The notes beneath the pieces are model-generated. The model saw only the letters and a list, made by a program, of their open reading frames with translations. It ran no database searches and had not been told where the DNA came from. From a virus (lineage: Duplodnaviria > Caudoviricetes): DNA of 64,000 bases. Where the stretch lies: the IMG/VR virus record IMGVR_UViG_3300046819_000361. One strand, given 5' to 3'. Shown here piece by piece: positions 18,027 through 24,898 of the stretch; the stretch's first letter is position 1, and the number at the start of each line of letters is the position of its first letter. A program made the position numbers and the translations under genes.

Positions 18027-18094
18027 TTTGACACGAGCGGCTAAAGCTGTGATAAACTAGCCGCTCTTTCAACCACTTTACAAAGGATTTTATT

Positions 18095-18271
18095 ATGAGC
18101 GTTTACACAGATAACGGCTACAAAAACCGCAAGGATTATCTTAAAAACCTTGCAGACGAGATGGGTATCGATACCGATACCGTTTTTATGATGGCCTCTG
18201 TACTGGGTGCAAGTGAAGACTTTGATGGCCTTGTTACTAGCCTTGAAGACATGGCCGATGGGTATTTTTGA
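18095..18271 (+). CDS. small phage protein (not in ORF track)
   Basis: 58 aa MSVYTDNGYKNRKDYLKNLADEMG...EDFDGLVTSLED; promoter at 18028, AAGGA RBS. Confidence 0.7.
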   Translation: MSVYTDNGYKNRKDYLKNLADEMGIDTDTVFMMASVLGASEDFDGLVTSLEDMADGYF

Positions 18272-18279
18272 TTGATAAC

Positions 18280-18306
18280 AGCGCCGCCGTAACAGGTGGC
18301 GCTTTT
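18280..18306 (+). terminator. intrinsic terminator ending the early array
   Basis: AGCGCCGCC-gtaaca-GGTGGCGCT then TTT. Confidence 0.6.
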
Positions 18307-18309
18307 GTC

Positions 18310-18419
18310 GCTGGTGCTGGTGCTGGTGCTGGTGCTGGTGCTGGTGCTGGTGCTGGTGCTGGTGCTGGTGCTGGTGCTGGTGCTGGTGCTGGTGCTGGTG
18401 CTGGTGCTGGTGCTGGTGC
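18310..18419. repeat. (GCTGGT)18 microsatellite
   Basis: 18 perfect hexamer copies. Confidence 0.97.
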
Positions 18420-18567
18420 GTACTATACGCACCAGAACAAGGATATAAACCACGCTGATTCGATTTGAGCGGTTTTTTGTCCCTTCCCTTCCCTTCCCTA
18501 TTGCCTCGATTTTTTCGCGGTTTGTAGGCGATTGTTTATAAGCAATTGCTTATTTTTGTCGTGCGTG

Positions 18568-18644
18568 AAAAAAAATCTTGACAGGTTTAAAAAAATCGCT
18601 AGAATGCCTAACCAAGCCAACCGGCTGACGCTCTTTAACAATTT
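18568..18644 (+). promoter_or_regulatory. rrn-like sigma70 promoter with boxB-like hairpin and boxA
   Basis: A-tract, TTGACA (18578)-16-TAGAAT (18600), AGCC-aacc-GGCT, GCTCTTTAACAATTT (18630-18644). Confidence 0.7.
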
Positions 18645-18728
18645 GGGATATTAACCACGGGGTTATTCATTACCTTTAGTGGAACGTATCAAAACTAAAA
18701 TTATTTTTCAATTTGTTAGGGGATTATC

Positions 18729-19190
18729 ATGGAAGTCAATAGTTTTTTCGTGGCCATTATTGATGGCTACAATAAAGGGGTTTTTTCCATTGTCGAAATG
18801 GAAAAACAATTGAAAGTCAAAAAAGGCTTTCAACCGATTACCAAAAAATCATCGTTCCAAGTGCAACTTGGCGTTGAATACGACAATAAAAAGTCGGTTC
18901 AAGAGAAAAGGGCAGACGGTAGTTTACCGTCTGAAAATCAGGGCTTGCCGTGGGGCGAGTGGTTGCAATATCCTTATGTGATAACTCATAAGGGCGAGCA
19001 GTATTTGAGAGTTTCGCTTTTTAACGGCTCTTATAAGCCTACGGCAATTTATTTGCAGAATGGGGTTGAAATAAGCCGCGAGCAGGCGCAGGCGCAGGCC
19101 TACGCAAGCGAATTTCAAGACCATTCAGGGGCTGATTGTTTCAGTCTGAAAGCTTCAAACATTGTTCGAGTCGGTAAATTCGAACAATAA
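18729..19190 (+). CDS. hypothetical protein
   Basis: 153 aa, AGGGGA RBS; GLPWGEW..YPYVITHKG..YLR motif. Confidence 0.75.
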   Translation: MEVNSFFVAIIDGYNKGVFSIVEMEKQLKVKKGFQPITKKSSFQVQLGVEYDNKKSVQEKRADGSLPSENQGLPWGEWLQYPYVITHKGEQYLRVSLFNGSYKPTAIYLQNGVEISREQAQAQAYASEFQDHSGADCFSLKASNIVRVGKFEQ

Positions 19191-19247
19191 ATTTCAATAG
19201 GGCAGGGGATAGCGTTTAGTTATCCCCTCTTAATGGGGGCTATCAAC

Positions 19248-19388
19248 ATGATTTTTTTATTATTGTTTTTCGCGGTGCTGATTACTTCAGTTTCCGCGTT
19301 ATTATCTGAGAGCGGCAAGCAATTTGCCGCTCTTTTAGTCACATTAGCTTTTCTGGTGGGATTCACTAGCGGCTTAATCACGGCTTAA
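19248..19388 (+). CDS. small membrane protein (not in ORF track)
   Basis: 46 aa, two hydrophobic helices, GGGGG RBS. Confidence 0.5.
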   Translation: MIFLLLFFAVLITSVSALLSESGKQFAALLVTLAFLVGFTSGLITA

Positions 19389-19459
19389 ATTTCAATAGGG
19401 CAGGGGATAGCGTTTAGTTATCCCCGCGCCTTCAATAAACTATTTAAAAAGGATTAAAA

Positions 19460-19651
19460 ATGAAAACCTTTAAAACGCAACAAAACGCGGTAGACCGCGC
19501 GAAGCGGTTATTGACTGCCGTTTTTAACGGCAAGCCTTTATTCCAAGAGTCTTGGAATAAAGACTGTACAGTCTTTATTTTCATTCCTAACGTGGGCGGC
19601 TATCACGTTAGGAATGTGAACAATATGTTCACGTTAATTTTTGATAGATAG
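19460..19651 (+). CDS. hypothetical protein
   Basis: AAGGA RBS. Confidence 0.6.
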   Translation: MKTFKTQQNAVDRAKRLLTAVFNGKPLFQESWNKDCTVFIFIPNVGGYHVRNVNNMFTLIFDR

Positions 19652-19667
19652 CGGGTAAGAGGGTATT

Positions 19668-19922
19668 ATGAAAAAAGCAACAGTACACGCCACAGACTTT
19701 TTTTCGGTGGCATTTAAACCGTTTAATACATTAAACGGATTTTTACGGTGGTACACTACCGCAACTTATGCGGGGGCATTTATTAACCCGCAAATCATAC
19801 GGGTAGTGTTACCCGTGTTCAATCGAAAAGACGATATTTTGCCGCGCTCAGTATTACGGCAAGCTCAATCAGAGCTGATTGAGCTGGGGATTTTAACCCC
19901 AGATAGTACGCTGGGCGTTTAG
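19668..19922 (+). CDS. hypothetical protein
   Basis: GAGGG RBS. Confidence 0.6.
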   Translation: MKKATVHATDFFSVAFKPFNTLNGFLRWYTTATYAGAFINPQIIRVVLPVFNRKDDILPRSVLRQAQSELIELGILTPDSTLGV

Positions 19923-20021
19923 TAGGGCAGGGGATAACATAATGTTATCCCCACTAATTCAATTCAAGAGCAAAGTCGAGTAGGGCAGGGGGGTCGGGGG
20001 TGTAAATGAGAATGATTCGCG

Positions 20022-20097
20022 TTTGCGCGAGCTGCGCGTAAATTTTTTATTTTCTTTTTATTTTCTTTTTATTTTCTTTTTATTTTCTTTTTATTTT
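20022..20097 (+). terminator. hairpin terminator followed by (TTTTTATTTTC)~5 repeat
   Basis: TTTGCGCG-agctg-CGCGTAAA then an 11-bp T-rich tandem repeat at 20043-20097. Confidence 0.65.
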
Positions 20098-20164
20098 AGA
20101 CCCCTATATGTTGAAAAACAAGTCCCTTCGCCGGGAAGTACCTCTCCCCAATTTTTTGCGCGGG

Positions 20165-20346
20165 TTATTTTTTCGAAAAAAATCCGAAAATTTTGATTGA
20201 CCGTTGATTGAGTATATATTTATATATAGGATGTTGTATTACATCTTCTGTCAACGTGTCGCCTTTAACGATATTATCTTTTGCCCACAATGGTCGAATA
20301 TTAGTATAATGATACAATGCTTATAAGTTGGTTGATAAATATTCAT
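20165..20346 (-). pseudogene. internally deleted HNH endonuclease remnant
   Basis: Starts MNIYQPTYKHC (compare MDIYQPIHKHC), fused out of frame to HYTNIRPLWAKDNIVKGDTLTEDVIQHPIY (compare C-terminus of 6037..6801); same upstream leader motif. Confidence 0.8.
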
Positions 20347-20584
20347 GTTGATACTCCGTTAAAGTATTAAAGTAGTTGGGAATTGCCGTTCCGCGAGCTA
20401 CATCATTATTTATCCTTCCTAAAAAGTAAGTCGTCTAAATCGTTAAGTACCTTATAAAATTTTTGCGCCGAAAAATTTTTTTCTATGGAAATAGAAAATT
20501 GTGGTATATATTATTCTACCCTGCTAGCTCTATCTAATATTTTTATTGAATATGGATGATGGCATTTAGGGTATAAATAATATT

Positions 20585-20932
20585 ATGAACAATATAAGTC
20601 TAATAAATGAAATGGTTATTGATGGTGAATTAATCATAATGAGAATCATAGAAGAAGAGTTGATCTCTATTAAATTTGATAATCCAATGAAGGTTAATTT
20701 TGAATTAAGTCATATGACCTTATTATCATTAGGTGTTTATCGTGAATTAAAGCAGATAATTAATAGCTATCCTAACAAGCAGTTTTTATTATGTTCTGAA
20801 TCGGATAACGAAACAGTTAAGGCATTATATCAAGATACTGCCTATTATTTATCAAAACGATTGGGCATGAGTAAACGATGTATTGATAATGGGTATGTAT
20901 TAACATCTAGGAAGAATAAAATTGAAAATTAG
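20585..20932 (+). CDS. hypothetical late protein
   Basis: ORF immediately after TATAAATA. Confidence 0.6.
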   Translation: MNNISLINEMVIDGELIIMRIIEEELISIKFDNPMKVNFELSHMTLLSLGVYRELKQIINSYPNKQFLLCSESDNETVKALYQDTAYYLSKRLGMSKRCIDNGYVLTSRKNKIEN

Positions 20933-21455
20933 GGAAATCATAAATCAGTTCACGGAAACATTAGATACGAAAGCTGACGTCAATTGGTCAACAAACGGCC
21001 AATATTTACAAGGCACGTTTATCCGCGATAACCATGAGTACTTGATTACTGCCAAATCGATAAACTTGTCAAAATTAATTGATAGTCGATTTATAAATTG
21101 TATTGAAATATCATTTCAAATATTGGATAAGTATGGTGAATATTCGTATGATGCAGGGAGATCTTCAAAAAATATGTTTTCAATTTTGGCTATAGTGTAT
21201 AACGCAATTATACAAAAAATCACCAATTTATCAACATATGATGCTATTATTTTCACAGCAACTGCATATGATGGGGCATTTCTTCAAAGATCATCCTTAT
21301 ATAACCGGTTATCAAGTACTTTAGCGAAAAAGCATAATTTAAATTCGTATAGTATTCGTTCAACACAAGAGTTATTGCAATTCTATATTATTACTAAACA
21401 TTATATTTCCGATATCTTGATTGGTAAACTACAGAACATCATTCATGACTATTAA
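20922..21455 (+). CDS. hypothetical protein with MKIREI N-terminus
   Basis: TTG start with AGGAAG RBS; resembles the preceding ORF near the C-terminus (LY..L...L.K). Confidence 0.6.
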   Translation: MKIREIINQFTETLDTKADVNWSTNGQYLQGTFIRDNHEYLITAKSINLSKLIDSRFINCIEISFQILDKYGEYSYDAGRSSKNMFSILAIVYNAIIQKITNLSTYDAIIFTATAYDGAFLQRSSLYNRLSSTLAKKHNLNSYSIRSTQELLQFYIITKHYISDILIGKLQNIIHDY

Positions 21456-21537
21456 AGATGATATTATTCTACCCTGCTAGCTCTATCTAATATTTTTATT
21501 GAATATGGATGATGGCATTTAGGGTATAAATAGACGT

Positions 21538-22188
21538 ATGAAAATAAAAGAATTATTTGAAAATGGGATGATCATATCTCCACAGTTTAAGTCTTGGTTT
21601 GGTAATAGTATTGTTATAGATAGTGTTGGCAATCCGATACCGATGTATCATGGTACAGCGGGTGATATTGGTCAATTTACTGGTTTTGTAAATTGGTTTG
21701 CTAGTAGTCCTAAATTTGCGAGTGACTATGCTGATATGCGAGATTTTAATAAAGGTGGTGGAGGCAATGTTGTAAAGGCGTATATCAAAGCTGAGCGACC
21801 ATTTAATGCTGATAGATTGAGTAAAGGTTCGAACACCATTCCGATGTTTGTAATGGAATTAGTTAAGCAAGCAGATGAGAATGGGGTTAATTTTGATGAG
21901 CGGGTTGCTAGACATTTATTAGATGTTATAAAGGCTAGTGCTAGGGAAGAGGAATCTGGTCCGCATTATTCTGCTCATGATTTTTGGTTTAATACTGGTT
22001 CATCCTTTGGTGAGCGTGGTAGTAATGCGATTAGAGAATTATTTAAGATTTTGGGATTTGATAGTATCAAGTATACTGAAGATGGTGAGTTCACTATTGG
22101 TGTGTTTCGGGGTAATCAAATCAAATCTGCAGTGGGTAATAGTGGGATCTATGATCCCACTAGTGATGATATTGTGAAAGAGTGGTGA
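21538..22188 (+). CDS. ADP-ribosyltransferase-like (ART-PolyVal type) protein
   Basis: FKSWFGNS.V.D..GNP..MYHGT, FASSPKFASDYA, GNV..AYI....PF, GFDSI, VF..NQIKSA.GN.G.YD. Confidence 0.65.
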   Translation: MKIKELFENGMIISPQFKSWFGNSIVIDSVGNPIPMYHGTAGDIGQFTGFVNWFASSPKFASDYADMRDFNKGGGGNVVKAYIKAERPFNADRLSKGSNTIPMFVMELVKQADENGVNFDERVARHLLDVIKASAREEESGPHYSAHDFWFNTGSSFGERGSNAIRELFKILGFDSIKYTEDGEFTIGVFRGNQIKSAVGNSGIYDPTSDDIVKEW

Positions 22189-22254
22189 TTAGTTAAATAG
22201 GAATCGGTAATGATTTTTATTGCATTATTACCTATAGTTTATAATATTTTCATC

Positions 22255-22626
22255 TTATGTCCTATTAATTGGTTTAGCGCCAATAATTTGTTGTGGTACT
22301 TGAGCCTGTTGTCTTAATTTCAAGTCATCTTCACGAGCGTTTGGATTTTTTGAAATAGTTGGTGCAATAGCTTGCCAACCTTTTTGTGTCATTAGTTGTG
22401 CTTGTAATCTGCCATTTCTAAAAGAAGGTCGTGTTAAATCTTCATCGGCTGACACTGGATCATGTGGGTTTGCAAGTTGATAATTTAGACCGGCTTTATG
22501 TCCTGGGCAATTTGGGTCATTCTGGTCAACACAGGGGTGCATATCGTTTGGTCCTTTAGGAGGTTTAGGACCGTAACGAAAGAATGAGCCGTTGCCGATT
22601 GATTCTGTAATTTCTTTAATTTTCAT
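22255..22626 (-). CDS. hypothetical protein with MKIKEITE N-terminus
   Basis: 123-aa ORF coupled to the kinase gene. Confidence 0.65.
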   Translation of the reverse strand: MKIKEITESIGNGSFFRYGPKPPKGPNDMHPCVDQNDPNCPGHKAGLNYQLANPHDPVSADEDLTRPSFRNGRLQAQLMTQKGWQAIAPTISKNPNAREDDLKLRQQAQVPQQIIGAKPINRT

Positions 22627-23212
22627 AAGTAGCTCCGACGATTGGATCTAGGATAACTGGGGTATTGTTACGTAATAGGACGTTACCTTTATGTAGGTCC
22701 AACACGGGTTGAGATGGTAATTTATCCATATCGTCAATAATTTCAAAAATACCTGGATAGTGTTGCAGTAGGAATTCTTTTTGGTCAGTTGTTAATTCAC
22801 GTGCGTAGAATAGTGGTTTAATAACTGCCATTAGATCTGAAAGATTCTTACCGACAATTGGTTCTAATTTTTCCAATCTAATCACGAATGTATTTTTATT
22901 GATTCTAATGATAGGCCCGGTAGTTTTTGGTACATTTGGATTAGACTGATGCAATCTAATATATTTAATATACTGTAGAAATGCTGGATCGTGAGTAAAG
23001 ATTTTTAAAACCCAGGGATAAGTTGGGTGAATATAAGCTGAACCGTAGGATCCGGTACCCAGGTGTTTAAATCCGTTATCCAACATATATTTTTGAAACT
23101 GTTCCAATTTATCAATACGGGGGTTAAAAGCGCTCAAATCACCTTGAAATGTTTGAGATGCTTGTTGGAAATGTGGATGGCTTTTATATCCGGTTAATTC
23201 TTTAATTTTCAT
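22616..23212 (-). CDS. Ser/Thr protein kinase, T7 gp0.7-like
   Basis: LGTGSYGSAY glycine loop, VLKI lysine, DLHKGN catalytic loop, ILDP; GATAAATA late motif just upstream. Confidence 0.75.
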   Translation of the reverse strand: MKIKELTGYKSHPHFQQASQTFQGDLSAFNPRIDKLEQFQKYMLDNGFKHLGTGSYGSAYIHPTYPWVLKIFTHDPAFLQYIKYIRLHQSNPNVPKTTGPIIRINKNTFVIRLEKLEPIVGKNLSDLMAVIKPLFYARELTTDQKEFLLQHYPGIFEIIDDMDKLPSQPVLDLHKGNVLLRNNTPVILDPIVGATYEN

Positions 23213-23216
23213 ATTC

Positions 23217-23459
23217 TTATTTATCGTAAGCTAAAATGAAATATGTTTTATGTTCTGGTTTTTTGAAAGCGATTTGTAGGTTATGGTTAGAAGAGAATGC
23301 CCAGAGTTCCATATGGTCACCTATATGTTGGTTTAGCCAAGTTTCCAGGTGGTTTATATTATCCATCCAATCGGTGATTGAGGTATATTTTTGTTGAGGT
23401 AATGTGAATATATATTTGAACTCTTCCATATTGTTATTTACATTGATAGAAGAGTTCAT
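23217..23459 (-). CDS. hypothetical protein
   Basis: 80-aa ORF downstream of the helicase. Confidence 0.6.
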   Translation of the reverse strand: MNSSINVNNNMEEFKYIFTLPQQKYTSITDWMDNINHLETWLNQHIGDHMELWAFSSNHNLQIAFKKPEHKTYFILAYDK

Positions 23460-23462
23460 AAT

Positions 23463-24860
23463 TTATTCTGGTAGATTATTAAGTAATGAGCGAAGTTTAG
23501 AGCTTTGTACTTCTGCTTTAATTTTTGGAGCGTTCATACCTGTGGTTGGGTCATCTACGATTGATCGTTGTTTAATTGAATTTAGAATTGCTGAACCTGC
23601 TGATTGGGATGGTGAGTCTAATTCATAATCTTCGCAATCACTAATTCTTAAAGAATCGATATTAAATTCCAGATCTATTTTTTGACCTACGCCGGAAGAG
23701 CTTCTAGTTTTCATTAATTGTATTTGGTATCTACCGCGTTCTCGCATAGCACGTGAGGTAAAGATACCGAATACGTTATCAGCGGTTTGTATTTTAGATA
23801 GGCCGCCTGAGATATGAGAGTGGTCGAATTCTACTTCTTCTACTGCGCCGCGATTAAGCTGTGAAGCGGTGACGAACACGCAATTTTTTTCCACTGCCAG
23901 GTTTCTTAATTCTTCAGAGACGTATTTGTCTTTGATGAATAGATCTGCTGGTGAGATTTTTTTGCTCATTGGCATTAGTAAGTCTAGGTAGTCTACTAGT
24001 AGTACATCTAATTTTTTACCGGTTTTTATTTCATATTCTTTAAGGTAGGCACGAACATCGTTAGCGGTTTTTCCTGAAGGCATATATTTGACTTGTAGGG
24101 ACCCTGCTTTTTTGCCTATCATTTTGACTTTCATTTCTACTTCATCGAGTTGTTTGAATACATCTCGTGTAGGCACCCCTGTCATCATTGAATCGATACG
24201 CATTGATACGAGTTCTTCTGAGAGCTCTAAAGTCAGGTATAGTACGTTCATACCGGCTAGTGCCCAATTCACGCCCAGATTAGCTAGGAATAGAGATTTA
24301 CCTGCACCTGAGCCACCGGCGAAGATATTAAGTTCACCGCGATTCATTCCACCGAATAATTTTTCATCTACTGCTTTCCATCCGGTTGAGACTTGTCCAT
24401 TTTTATCTTTAATTTTAAGTAGTCTAGATCGTGGGTTATCGAAGTAATCGGTACCCATATCTTTTTGTAGGCCGACTTGAACTGCTTGTTTAATTTTATC
24501 TTCTACTGATCCGTATTCACCTTTTTCTAGCATATCGGCTGATTCTAGGATTGCTCGTTCAAGTCCTTTATGACGAGTAAAGGTTTCAAATTCGTTTAAG
24601 AGCCAATCGAAATTAGCTTCAAGAAGATTTTGTGGTTGTTTAAAATCTGACCCGGTAGCGGCATTAATTATTTCGTATGTAGGCATTACGTTATAATTTT
24701 CTGCATACTGATAGAGAAATTCAGCTGGCATTTGTAATTTTCTATCAAATAGAGATGAGTCGAAGATTGATTGGCATCTAACGAAAGTACTAGCATCTGC
24801 CAACATCATTTCTAGGTACAATTTTTGAATATCATATCCATAATCTATATTTTGTTTCAT
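23463..24860 (-). CDS. DnaB-family replicative helicase (T4 gp41-like)
   Basis: GGSGAGKS, LTLELSEE, VDYLDLL, TASQLNR, MKTR. Confidence 0.93.
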   Translation of the reverse strand: MKQNIDYGYDIQKLYLEMMLADASTFVRCQSIFDSSLFDRKLQMPAEFLYQYAENYNVMPTYEIINAATGSDFKQPQNLLEANFDWLLNEFETFTRHKGLERAILESADMLEKGEYGSVEDKIKQAVQVGLQKDMGTDYFDNPRSRLLKIKDKNGQVSTGWKAVDEKLFGGMNRGELNIFAGGSGAGKSLFLANLGVNWALAGMNVLYLTLELSEELVSMRIDSMMTGVPTRDVFKQLDEVEMKVKMIGKKAGSLQVKYMPSGKTANDVRAYLKEYEIKTGKKLDVLLVDYLDLLMPMSKKISPADLFIKDKYVSEELRNLAVEKNCVFVTASQLNRGAVEEVEFDHSHISGGLSKIQTADNVFGIFTSRAMRERGRYQIQLMKTRSSSGVGQKIDLEFNIDSLRISDCEDYELDSPSQSAGSAILNSIKQRSIVDDPTTGMNAPKIKAEVQSSKLRSLLNNLPE

Positions 24861-24898
24861 AATCCCTCATGTTTTAAATCCATATCCTTATAGATTTA

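Larger units (their letters stand above)
566..18090 (+). repeat. Dispersed family of ~30 intergenic promoter/stem-loop/RBS modules (PeSL-like)
   Basis: TTGACA (TTGATT at 17180, 17429) at 566, 831, 1274, 1562, 1877, 2045, 2304, 7960, 8221, 9414, 9834, 10104, 10715, 10917, 11142, 11365, 11973, 12897, 13100, 13722, 13875, 14076, 14399, 14889, 15269, 15660, 15997, 16368, 16736, 16944, 17180, 17429, 18028. Each is followed at 16-17 bp by a -10-like hexamer, usually inside an inverted repeat, then usually GGAGC and ATG. Confidence 0.92.
19188..20000 (+). repeat. TAGGGCAGGGG(ATA...TATCCCC) repeats x4
   Basis: Copies at 19198, 19396, 19923, 19981; 19188-19227 and 19386-19425 are identical. Confidence 0.9.
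20508..21532 (+). repeat. 72-bp exact duplication ending in T4-type late promoter TATAAATA
   Basis: 20508-20579 = 21461-21532. Confidence 0.9.

Noticed and set aside
566-18090. CRISPR array or integron attC cassette array
   Set aside because: The repeats are promoter/RBS modules separated by whole genes of variable length. There are no constant-length spacers, no cas genes or integrase in the window, and no consistent RYYYAAC/GTTRRRY ends.
18136-18468. ORFs with poly-(ST) or poly-(AG) tracts
   Set aside because: Products of the stop-free (GCTGGT)n tract; no RBS, and they overlap a better-supported gene and terminator.
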